64,000 bases of DNA from Fimicolochytrium jonesii (taxonomy: Eukaryota): the NCBI RefSeq assembly GCF_025526975.1, contig NW_026515674.1, forward strand, positions 1-64,000, written 5' to 3'. The first letter of the stretch is position 1. Each line of letters starts with the position of its first letter. Below, in pieces: positions 48,563 through 60,130 of the stretch. The notes beneath the pieces were generated by a model. The model saw only the letters and a program-made list of their open reading frames with translations. It did not search any database and had not been told where the DNA came from. A program made the translations under genes and the position numbers.

Positions 48563-51500
48563 TCAAGACCCAGCGACCAACTCATTCCTCAACATCTCCA
48601 AAAACCCGACATCCGCAATCTCGGCGGCCTCATCCTCCTTCCCCCCCTCCGCACCCTCCGCAGTATCACTATCCGTCTCCTTCCCTTTGCCCTTCCCACC
48701 CTCCCCGTCAAAAACCACATGTGGCTGCTGATGTTGTTGTTCACCCTCCTGGACCCGCTCATCCAGCTTCAACTTCGTCTGCGCGTTCTTGAGGATATGC
48801 TGCTCGATGCTGTTGTCGAGGACGAGCTTGTAGACGGTCACGTCGCGCGTTTGGCCGACGCGGTGGGCGCGGTCTTCGGCTTGCGCGTCGTTGTGTGGGT
48901 TGAAGTCCTGCCCAAAAGAAAGTGGGTGAGTCATCGGGGACTCGAAGGGGGGAAAAGCGAGGTTGAGGACAAATATCCTTTTCCGCCACTTACCATGTCG
49001 TAGATAATAACGACGTTAGCGCTGGTGAGGTTGATCCCGAAGCCTCCGGCTTTGGTCGAAAGCAAAAAGACCGTAATGTCCGGGTTCTCGTTGAACTCGT
49101 CTATCCTCGTTTGTCTATCGCATCAAAAGAAATATGAGCATTCCATCCTGCCCCCAATCCCCTTTGCCCCCTCCAAACAAACTCATCTCAAAGACCACCT
49201 ACCGCTCCACAATATTCGTCCGCCCATCCATCCTCACATACCGCACCCCCATCGTCCCCAACACAGCCTCCAGCACATCAAGCATCATCACAAACTGCGA
49301 AAAAACCAGGATCCGATCCCCCCGATCCCTCATCACCAGCAGATTCCTCTTCAACCACTCCACCTTCCCCGCATCCATCCAACTCTCCTCCGCCAAACAA
49401 TGCTTCTTCATCCCCTTGAATCTCCCACAGAGGTTGTGGAGCTCGAAATCGGACATGACGGTCATGTCCTCGTAGATGTACTCGCGGCTGGCGTCGATGT
49501 ATTCGTCTTCGCGCATGATTTCGCGGGCGAGGGTGCGGAGGTGGGTGTTGGTGTAGAGGGTGCGGAATAGGAGGGGGTGGTCGGCGGCTTTGCGGAGTTG
49601 CATGAGGACGTTGGAGAGTTGGCGTTGGCCGAAGGCGGGGGTTTGGCGTTGTAATGCTCCTGCAGCAGCGCCTTTTTTGCTTTTCGCGGGTTTGGTTTTA
49701 CCCTTGGGTTTTGTAGGTGGGGCTGGTGAGCTCTCGGCTTGCTTCTCAGCAGCAGCGGCGGCGGCAGCCTCCTCAGCCTGCGCCAACAGCGATTTCCTGC
49801 TCTCAGCAATGATCCCTTCATAAAGCATCTTCTGCGTCTCTGTCGGCGTACACAGCTCAATCTTGACCGTCTTGGCGGGCAACTCCTTCAACACCTGCCG
49901 TTTCTTCCTTCTCAACACAAACGGTGCCATGATCTTCTTGGCACGCTCAATCCGCTGTCTGCTCAAAAACCCATTCTCCCCCGAATTCTTCACGTTGAAG
50001 ATCTTGCCAAACGCGTCCACATTCGCAAACAACCGGGGCATGATGAACGTCAACAGGGCCAGCAACTCCATGAGGTTGTTCTGCAACGGCGTGCCGGTCA
50101 GCAACAACCTGAAGGGAGTCTTGAACGACATGAGGTGCTTGTACCGTGCGGACTCCATGTTCTTAACCATATGCCCTTCGTCGAGGATCAGGGACGTGCA
50201 GTTGAGCCGACGGAGGAAGGCGCGGTCCGGCTTCTGGCCGGTCGCGAGGGTATACGTCGTGACGAACACGTCGATCCCGTCCACTTCGTCCATGTACTGT
50301 TCCTGCAACCCATATCGCTCGTTCTGACTCCCATGGTAAGGTCTAACAACCAAATTAGGGCACCACCTCGCGAATTCCCGGAGCCAGTTCTCGAGAGTAG
50401 ATGTGGGGACGACGATGAGGTGGCGGGTTTGGTGGCCGTGTTGCTTGAGGAGGGCGAGGAAGGAGATGACTTGGGCGGTCTTTCCGAGGCCCATTTCGTC
50501 GGCGAGGATGCCGCCAAGGCCTTTGCCGTGCAGCATGTAGAGCCAGGAGACGCCGACGAGTTGGTAAGATTTGAGGGTTAGGGCCGGGTTGATTAGGGCT
50601 GGTTGGCTTTTGAGACATTTCCAGCGGGCGGGTTTGGGCGGGTTGGTTGATGCTAATGACGATTGCTGCGGACGTGTGGTCACATCGGAATCGGAATCCG
50701 AGTCGGCGGTGGCGTCTATATGCGTCAAGCTGATCTCCGGCGCATCACCATCTTCATCTACCTTCTCGCCCACCGGCGCATCCGGCGGTGCATGCGTCCA
50801 CTCCCTCAGGATACTCATAACCTCATCCCCATAGCGCTCGCACTTTTCAATCAACGCGTCAACCTCGTTGTAGCCCTCCTGGATCTCCTGATACTTCTCG
50901 GGCAGTTTCGCCAGGGGCCGGTTCCCTTTGTGACCCGTCAGCGATTCTTCGAGGTGGCCCATGCTGCGGAAGGGCCGCAGACCGACGATGAAGTCCGCTT
51001 GGGCGGCGGTGCAGACCGTCATAGCTTCCGTCATTTGCTGCGGGGTGGCCGTGTTGAAAAAGTCTACTGTCTTCCTGTCCAGCGCCGTTTCGCCATAACT
51101 TGTAGTGGGCCCATCATCGACATCTGTTTCGTCCCCAGAGTCCTCTTGAAATCGGGCCGGTTTGGGTGGAGCGGGCTTGACGGACACGACTTGCACATCA
51201 GGCGTGGCTTCTTTCGAGGACGTGTCCTTTTTCCGCACCAACCGCCGTCGCTTGGGCTCGGCGCTGCTTGCCCGGCTAGCGATCGGGTCGTCATCACCTC
51301 CCGTCGCCATGGCCAGGGCCCGATCCACATCGAAGTCGGCACTTTCGAGGACCGATCGCAGAACTTGCACATCAGCGTTCGGCAGTGCTTCCTTTAGCTT
51401 GGCGACATTTGCGGCAACCGAATCGGCTTCTGCAGTTTTCAGGGCAATGGGTTTCACAGGAGAAATAGCATCCAACGCCGACAGATCATCCGTCCAAGGC

Positions 51501-52138
51501 GACCAATATGCCCGTTCATTAGTCGCTTTCAACTTCTCATGCTGGGATTTGAGTCCATTCGCCGGCGCCTTTCTATGTACCGCAATCGGAAACCCGTCCG
51601 TAGCTTTCAGTCGCGGTGTGGCGTTGGCCATTCTCGCTGGGGCAGGGGGGTGATATCGGTAAGGGTTGACCAGGTCGGCAAAGTCGGTGGCCTTTGGTTC
51701 GTCTGTATCGGCGACGTCTATTGGTTTTACTTTACGGTCACCGTAGCGCGCTTTGGTGGATGGGTTTAGAACAGGTGTGGGTGGAAGCGTCTTCCAGGTT
51801 TGTCCGCGACCATTCGCTGCAGTGTGTGCAGCGCCGGCGGTCGAAGCCCCAGCACCAGACACACGAGTCCCCGAAGTGGAAGACTCCCCGACCTGGGTCC
51901 CATTCCCGACATTTGCAGACCCTGTTCCGGCGGCAGCCGTTGCACCATTCACCAATCGCCTCTTTTTATTCGCTTGACTCGGCGACCCTCCCGGCGTGAC
52001 GTCGTCACCCGAGTCGACGGAGATCGGCAGTGTGTCTTTCGCCGCCGTTTGTTTCTTGACGGCTGCTGTGTTGTCATCGTAGTCGATGCCGTTGTCGTCT
52101 TCGCTTTCCTCGAACCGTCTGCGTCTTCCAGCCATCAT
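48563..52138 (-). CDS. FUN30: SNF2-family chromatin remodeler Fun30/SMARCAD1; exons 52138-49203, 49114-48994, 48907-48563
   Basis: CUE-like [68 protein letters not shown]. Confidence 0.93.
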
Positions 52139-52376
52139 ATGTATATCGCAGAAGGGATGGGTTTAATTGGGAACGAACGGCGCTGCGAAGGGCCTTGAGC
52201 GGAGGGCAAATCGAGTTCGGACTACAGGACCGCCTTGAAACCAACTGCCACTAAAACGTCGGCGACCGCTTGCCTCCTCGCTGCGTGGCCGTATGCTAGC
52301 GCTGCCTGGGTGCAAGCAAATAGTCTGCAGTCTACTAGGGGCCCGTGGAATGCTGTTTGTGGGGGCTTCCTCAGTC

Positions 52377-52399
52377 GGGGGGGGGGGGGGGGGGGGGGG
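52377..52399. repeat. G23 homopolymer in the divergent FUN30/RRM-gene intergenic region
   Basis: Directly visible. Confidence 0.9.
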
Positions 52400-53606
52400 T
52401 TTGCGAAAATCCTTCTGTTTGTCCGACTGTCGGACTAGTTAGTGGTCCGCCGATGCAGCCGGACATGATTTCCATTTCGCAACGCGCTGCCCGTCTCTCG
52501 CGCCCGTGGTTTGCATGCAGTAGGACCATCCAGGCGATAGATTCACTCGCTTCTATCGTTATGTAGCCGCGCTGATGAGAAGCTGGATGAAGGGCTGGAG
52601 AAGTGCAGTCCACTATAAGATCATCCGCCAGATGTGAGGGGTGGATTGTCAACATTAGGCGCTACCTTCATCGTATGGCTTTCACGAAGGAAGGGGCCAA
52701 CCAACCGGGCGATCCAATGTTGAATGGACAGCCCAGTTGGATCTCGCAAGTGTTGACGTCGAATGAACCCTTGGGTCGAGGCGTAATGAATGAAGGAGAG
52801 CGCAGCCATGAATTCTATAACCTTCGCTGAGTACTAGTAAGTAGCAGTTACCGTTCGCGTCGCCCATCGTGACTGCATCCACAACAACCCATGAGGGGAC
52901 GGACAGACAGAATTATATGGACCCTTGCTTTCCGTGCTCGTTTTCTTCCTCCTTCTTCTTGACCACTCTCAACTCACAATACCCCCACCCCCACGAACCT
53001 ACGTATCTATCTTTTCGTTTCGCTGCCACCATAGAGGCCTTACGCCCCATCCTCCAACATACACTATACGGCGTACACGGCGAGGCTGTGGTGAACATAT
53101 CCGGTGACCTCGTGACCTATCGACAAAAAATAACCCTTTTTCCCACGCAGCCCGCGAAGAGGGTCATCCGACAAGATCCTCCTCGACTGTCATCATTTAC
53201 CCACACTCAGGACTTTTCGTGGTCGACGGACTGCACCCTCCCCCACCCTGCCTCCAGCCGGCATTCGATTCAAAAGCGTTGCCAACCAATCACGCGCTTT
53301 TTCCCGCCGAGCGTTTACTAGGAGGATAGGGAGGCCGGGATTTGTAGATCAGAGCGGACAGGAGCGGGGAAAAACATTGCATACAGGCGGGATACGTCGG
53401 GGACCTCTCGTCGGCAACGTTCGCGAATCTGTAGCGGCCCATTCCGCTTTTCGCCCGATTCTCACCCCTGCATCACGTATGGGTCACTAAGTTGACCCCA
53501 CCCACGACTCATCCCGACTCCGGGCCAAATAAAAAATCACACGTCAGCAAACTCTTCGCATCCCACCAACGCTCTCTGTCTCACTACACCAACACCTCTC
53601 GCCAAA

Positions 53607-56443
53607 ATGTCCCAATCCAACCGCCCCAAAACAACCATCCACGTAACCAACATCACAAAGGACAAAGCAGCCCTCAAATCCCTCTTCCAAAACATGGACG
53701 GGTTCCGCCGTATATCATTCCACCAGGATTACTGCTTTGTCTGCTTTGATAACCTCCACTACGCGACCGACGCGATCGATCATGTCCATGGACGGACGGA
53801 CATGCTGGCGGCTTACGCGAAACATGGCGTGGCATGTGCGAATACTCCGACGATTGCGGTGATGCCCAACCCGATTCTTTATGTTAGCTTGTTTTCGTAT
53901 TTCACGGAGGTCGAGCTGACGAGGATCTTCAAGTCTTATGAGGGGTTTGATAGGTGGGTAAGGGCGCGAACGAAGTGAGCCACCGCGCGCAGCGAGGGTG
54001 GGCGAGCGGAGGGATCCCTGGTTTGCGATGGGAGCGCGAAGCGGCGATTGGAGCGAGTTTACTGTAATACCGAGCGTCAGCGAGGACGAACGCAGTGAGT
54101 GCGGGCGAAGCGAGCCACATTGTGGCAAAGGCGCAATACTCCCGCCACGGCTCTTAGCGAGTCTCAGCGAGCGAAGCGAGCAACGCATTGCGGCAAAGGC
54201 GCAATACTCCCCTCACCCACTCAGCCCAACTTCATGGTCGCGAGCGGGGTATCATTCAACCAGCCATCGACATCATCCGTCAGGCACCTCGCTCAACCAT
54301 CCTTATTTTATTATAGCTGCCGATTTTTCCCGAATCATGCACTTGTCCGGTTCAAAGATGTAGGATCAGCAAAGCATGCCCTCGAAGACTTAAATTCGAC
54401 AACAAACCTGTTTGCAAACTACTCCACAAAAGGCGCAAAGCAGACAGGAGGTAAATCATCGCGGCGAGGTACTGGATCCGCAGCAGCAGCAGGAGGCAGC
54501 GGACAAGGCAACGGAGGAGGTGGTCCCGGCTCCCATTCCGGTTCCAATGGGGACGACGACAGACAGGCGATCGACGCAAATAACTCTTCCGAGAACATTG
54601 GTTTTGCGCAAGCCAACAACCCGAAACGGACGATCCACGTCACCAACATCGAAAAGGACAAAGCGTCGGTTCTGCAGCTTTTTTCGAAGTACGAGGGGTT
54701 CCGCCGCGTCGCTTTCTATGCAGATTATTGCTTCGTGTGTTTCACTGATACCCGCGCCGCCGCTAAAGCCATCGAGGAGATCCTGTTCAAAACTAAGATG
54801 AAGGCAAATTTTGCTAAAGGTGAATTTCCATTCTCTCCCGTTCTCAATCTGCTTCCCTTCCATAGTTATACGGGCTGACCCCAACCTTGCGTCTTTTGTT
54901 TTCCCACAAAGCTGATTTCATCCCGCACCTCATACCCCCCTCCGCCATCGGTCAACCCAACCACATCATCCGCGTCTCGGACTACCCCTCCAGCACCAGC
55001 GACCACGAGCTCGTCCGCTTCTTTGAGCAGTACGACGGCTTCACTGACATACAGTTCTACCATGCCTCCTGTCTCGTATACTATAAAGACCAGGCGGGCG
55101 CACGCCGTGCGTTGGAGGCGATCAACGGTACGACTAATTTCACGGCGATATATTCGAAGAAGGGCGTTCAGGCCCGAGGGAAGACTGCGGGGGCTAATGG
55201 GGTGCTTAAGTCTGCGAGGAATGGATTGCCGGCGTCGTCATCATCGTCGCAAATTGTCACTGGCTCGATACGCGTCGCTGAGGCGAGACACGCACCGGCC
55301 TCTGTCTCGCTCACCGGGAAGTCACAGGCACCGCAACCGCGAAAGCAAACACCTCTGGCTACCGATGAGGACGGGGGGTATGCCGTACCCCCGCGGCTAA
55401 GTCCCGCGTCCGAGCTTGATGCCGAGGAAAGTGAGGAGGATGATGACGAGGTGCCGGAACAGGCTGCGGCGTCGCCTGTTGTGGCAGCTGCTGCGGAGGC
55501 GGCGGACGTTAATAAGCTTATGCTGGCACGGGGGCAGGGCGGGGAGGATGTTGTGCCGTCTTCCGACCCCCTCGACAACGAATCGGTTGATAAGGAGACG
55601 TTCGTTGATCCCGACTCGGGGCATGACGCCCATCAGCCGCTTGATTCGCAAGTCCCACAGGATTTGGACTTTGCTTCTCTGCGCCAACAGCACGATATGG
55701 CCTTGATGGCGCAAGACCCACTATTCTCGTCGCGATCGGTGACGGGCGCCAACACCAACCATCTCGTACTCGGCCGCCACCCCATGAGCAACGGGCCGGC
55801 ACTTGACATATCTCGGGACAGTCTCGACAGCGCCGCGATGCTCGGCGCGGAGAACATCAAACTCGAGTCTATTGATACACCGATTCCCGCGCCAGACAAA
55901 CGCAGCAACAACGCCTCCGTCCCATTCGGCAGCACCACCAGCATCGCAGACTCCACCGCCCTCCCCTTCCCATCCCCCATCCGCCTCGACCTCGCCCCCC
56001 GCCCCTACGCCCCCCAACACGCCTACATGCCCGATTTCCCCCCTGGCCCGGCGCCGCACCACCACATGATCATCGACACTCGGCAACACCATATGGTCGT
56101 GCTCGAAAAAAACGAGATTGAGAAACAGCTCATGGCGGCTAAGGGTTGTATTGATGATTTGTTCCAGGAGTATGTGCGGTTGGAGAGGGAGAATCGGTTT
56201 TTGAGGGATGGGGCGGGATATACCTCTTCTCAGGAGCAGCAGCAGGCGTATCTCGGTAACGGCAGTCAGCGACTCTTACCGAGACGGATACCACATCATC
56301 ATGTGCCACATGACGGGATCAACAACAGCATCCCGTTCCCGCGCAGCAGCACCAGCGGTGAACCCGCGCAGGACCCGTTGTCGTCACGGGTCGAGTTTCA
56401 TCAGCAGAGACTGTTGGTACCACAACACCAACAGCTACAGCCG

Positions 56444-56475
<32 letters not shown>

Positions 56476-57043
56476 ATCGAGTGAATTTGACAACACGGCT
56501 TTACACAGTTTTGGAACGCACGGGTTTGACAGCAACGCGGAGACGGTGTCGCTCAAGGCGTTAGCGATGCATGCCGCGGATACGGCGAAGAGTGCGGGCC
56601 GGGGGTCGCCGCCGCAGGAGGACACGATTGCGGGGTCACTGAGGGCGAGTATCGCCACTTTGTCGGCACCGGCGGGCGGGAATGGGATCCATGGGATCCC
56701 AGCATCGACGCCAATGGACTCGCACGCCTCGCAATGGCGGTATCATCCGCAGATGTATGCCATTACCAATGCCGTGTCCATCGGCACCAGCAGCAGCAGC
56801 GCAACAACAGCAACAACGACCCTTCCACCCGCCACCACCACGACCGAGGACAGCAGCCTCCCCCCATCAACAGCACCTCAACAACAAGAACAACAAGATA
56901 TCTACACAGAAAACGAACGCCTGAAACGCGAGCTTGCACACGTGCGTGAGCTGCTTAAACGACGGAACGTGGAGTATATGAGGTTGGATGCGGTGCATAA
57001 GAGTTGTGGGGTGCTGCAAGGGTTGTTGGCTATGTGTGAGTAG
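53607..57043 (+). CDS. Four-RRM RNA-binding protein with polyQ and C-terminal coiled coils; introns 53954-54316 and 54820-54911
   Basis: TIHVTNI..LF...GFRR..YCFVCF RRM repeats; GT-AG introns restore the frame. Confidence 0.85.
53954..54316 (+). repeat. 363-nt intron filled by the GAGC/GCGAAGC hairpin-rich repeat (copy C)
   Basis: Homologous blocks with 41876-42235; internal duplication of CATTGYGGCAAAGGCGCAATACTCCC. Confidence 0.8.
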
Positions 57044-58699
57044 GGGATGAGGGGATGGGGAACGGGGGAGAGCAGTAGGGTAGTTGATAGGGCGATGAGC
57101 CGCGTCGAGGAGGCTCTGTAAATATGGCCGTGTCCTTGTTTTCGTGCGAGGGACGGAGTACCGGATGGACCCACACACCTACCGACAACCCTGGGCTACG
57201 TAGATATCCCTTATTTAGCCTGTCTCAAACCCGCTGTTGCCATACGTCACCTCCCACACATTAGCGTGTTCCTCTGTGGCTCCTCTGATTCTCTGCTCTC
57301 ATCCGCGTGATCTCTATGCGGGTAAACAATATTCCCTCTCTGCATCTCCCTGTGTCATCGTGGCATTATCTTCTATGCTTATGTACTGTATCTATGCTGA
57401 TCCCACCAGTAATATAGTTGACCGAACATAGCGCACACACGGAGTGAACAGCGGCGGGGTTGATTTGGGGGCCTGTTGATCTTGAGAATATGAAACCTCC
57501 CCAGCTGCCTCTTGCCAACGTTGAACAACGTGGACAATGGACTCTGTCAAGCGTCCCAACGTATGAGTCTTGATGTGACCTCAACTTTAGGTGGACGATG
57601 CCATGCCAGTGATATGTTTGCTGACCGTCTCGACAGGGTGGAGTGACACGATTGAACCGACCAAGCTTAACCATCGCTGGACCGCGATATGCCATGTTCA
57701 TCAATAGAGGTGAACACTCGGCGTCTCCTAGATGCCAAGATGGGGCGGATTTCGGACGACGCGAAACAGGCGCGGGCGCGCGTAATTAACCTGTCCGATC
57801 GGGCGTCCGGATCCGAAAGTCCGATATGCCGGATGAGCGGGAGAAAAAGGGCTTGGGACAAACTAATTGCCCGATGCGCTCCCTCCCTTGCGGCCCATTG
57901 CTACGTACGTAAGATGTGGGTGGCATCGCCCATGGGTATGCTGAACAATAGGACTTTTTGAAGCCCCGGATTGTGGATGTGGAATCGAAGCCTTGGGTGT
58001 AGACCAAAGCGGACGAGGTTGGGGAAGCCCCCCCGAGGTTTGAGGCTGGCAGCGGAACGTGTCTGGAGAGAGTTCAATGCAGCAAGCTCTCGGGAATCTA
58101 CGAGAATCTAAGGCTACCGCTCATAGACAGCGCTCAAATGTACTGTATGTAGAGAATGACGCGGGCTGCGCAACACCCATCCCTGGAAAGGGCGTTGTTT
58201 GCTTAGCTTCCTTGCAAGGGGCGCGTGACTTTCTCTCCCCAGACGGCGGATCCTGTGGATGCATGGGGAAAGTCAGCGGCCCCGCCCTCACGCGTATGTA
58301 TGGGTCCTGGATCCGCCCCTGTCAATTTGTCTTCACTCGCTGCGGTGCCCCTTTTTCTCGCCCAGCTCACAGCGACAGACCGTGATGAGCAGCAAGAGGT
58401 GGCGGCCGGCAGAGCTTGGCAGAGCATGCTAAATGTCCGCAAAAGGTATTGGAGGTGAGCGAAAGACTGGAGTCGCCCTACTCCTCAGTTGCAATCCTGC
58501 ATCGGCCGGCATCTTGCACAAAACGCCACGATATTCCCACGCCTGTCCCAGAGTAACGTACGCACTTGGGAGCGCAGAGTGCATTTCACAAGAACCACGG
58601 CTTTGCATAGACCGTTACGGACAGCTGAACCGCAGCGCCCAAGCGTACATTACGGAACGTGATCTCGTTTCGCAATTTCGAGACGCGCGGCCCGCTGAA

Positions 58700-60130
58700 A
58701 TGGCGACCGGCACTTTCGGTCAGGTGTCCTCAACGAGAAACGTAACGCCGACAGCGACGACGATGGTGCAGCGTGGGCGGTCGCGATGCCCTCAGCTGAA
58801 CCGGAAACTACTTTCACGACGGAGACGCCATCTTCGCTGGATGTTCATGATCGTGATGACCTTCGGGTTTTGTGGCACTGTCTGCAACACGCCGAAGCTA
58901 GTCTCCGCAGCGCCTATAAGTTTGCGACGGACCGGAGCGAACTTATCTGAGCGGGCACCGGCGTTTGGCCCCCAGGAGACGGGGCCGGTGGCGGGAGAGA
59001 ATGGGGTCGTGAATGGCGGAATCGATATTGTCAAGTTGAAGGTCTCAAGTCGCCAACAGAACGATGGAGTCGGGGCGGTGGCACCGGTCGGGACGACGAG
59101 TGTAATTGAGGTTGCGCAGCCGACGGTTTGGCTGGTGGCGGCGCCTTCAGCTACTCCTGGAGCTGTGAACAAGGTGCAGGGCAATGGGCATGGAGATGAT
59201 ATCGATGCGTCGGGGGGAACAAGGACGACCAACATCAACAACATTGTTGTTCTCACGGACGACCAAGCCGAGGAATTTCTCGATAACCTGCTGAACCGGC
59301 CTCACCGCACCCGTGCGCACCCGCAGAACGACCATGGGCAGCACGGCCGGACCAAGACGGCCGGGCAAGCACAAGCTACGGCCACGGCGTCGGTCAGCCC
59401 CATCAAACCCTTCTTCAACACCGACAACTCGAAACTTGATCTGCCCCTTGGCCCAGCCGTAACCACCGCCCAGCTCGGCATGCTAACCATCTCAAGACTG
59501 CAGTACGCGCTAGTCTGGCTCTTAACCTTCACGGTCTCGTCATTCGCAACCGTGGCAGGCGTGCTGGAACGCCGCATCTTTGGTGGCAGCCGCCGGTCAA
59601 CCCGCAACAAGCAACAAGACAGCGCCCGAGCGGCAGCACATTTGGGCTCCACAACCACATTACCCTGCCCCAGGTCCTCCAACGGCATCGGGTCCGCCAC
59701 CGCCACCAAAAGCCCCGCCGACACAATCCCCCTGCCCCGCAACTCCTCCCGCAACGTCCGCTTCGCCTCCTCATCCGATGACCCGGACACAACCTTCACC
59801 CGCCCCCCGCGCTTCCCCCACCTACAGGGCATCCTCCGCACCCTCCTCTACGCCCTCTACAAAGCCGTCGTGCGCTTCACATGGTGCGCATTGGTCGTCC
59901 TCGTCGCGACACTCAACCTCGGGCTCGTGCTGGCCGCTGTTGCCGGCGCGGCTGTTGCGGCTGGTTTGGCGGGTTATGAGCGGTTGAGGGGCCCTGGTGG
60001 GAATGGGTCGGTGGCGGGACCGGCTGCGGCGACGGGAGGTGGAGACTCGGGGAATTTGGATTGGACTTTGACGAGGGCGGGACGGTTGGCGGCGAAGGAG
60101 GGAAGGATTCCTTATTTGATTGGTGGATGA
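58700..60130 (+). CDS. Membrane protein with a Ctr copper-transporter-like C-terminal 3-TM layout; start uncertain (open from 58433)
   Basis: TM1 QYALVWLLTFTVSSFATVAGVLERR, a long loop, then ILRTLLYAL..ALVVLVATLNLGLVLAAVAGAAVA resembling Ctr TM2/TM3. Confidence 0.55.
   Translation: MATGTFGQVSSTRNVTPTATTMVQRGRSRCPQLNRKLLSRRRRHLRWMFMIVMTFGFCGTVCNTPKLVSAAPISLRRTGANLSERAPAFGPQETGPVAGENGVVNGGIDIVKLKVSSRQQNDGVGAVAPVGTTSVIEVAQPTVWLVAAPSATPGAVNKVQGNGHGDDIDASGGTRTTNINNIVVLTDDQAEEFLDNLLNRPHRTRAHPQNDHGQHGRTKTAGQAQATATASVSPIKPFFNTDNSKLDLPLGPAVTTAQLGMLTISRLQYALVWLLTFTVSSFATVAGVLERRIFGGSRRSTRNKQQDSARAAAHLGSTTTLPCPRSSNGIGSATATKSPADTIPLPRNSSRNVRFASSSDDPDTTFTRPPRFPHLQGILRTLLYALYKAVVRFTWCALVVLVATLNLGLVLAAVAGAAVAAGLAGYERLRGPGGNGSVAGPAAATGGGDSGNLDWTLTRAGRLAAKEGRIPYLIGG

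Noticed and set aside
38705..52138. APTX-like and FUN30 as a DNA-repair gene cluster
   Set aside because: Only two genes, separated by unrelated sequence; proximity is plausibly chance
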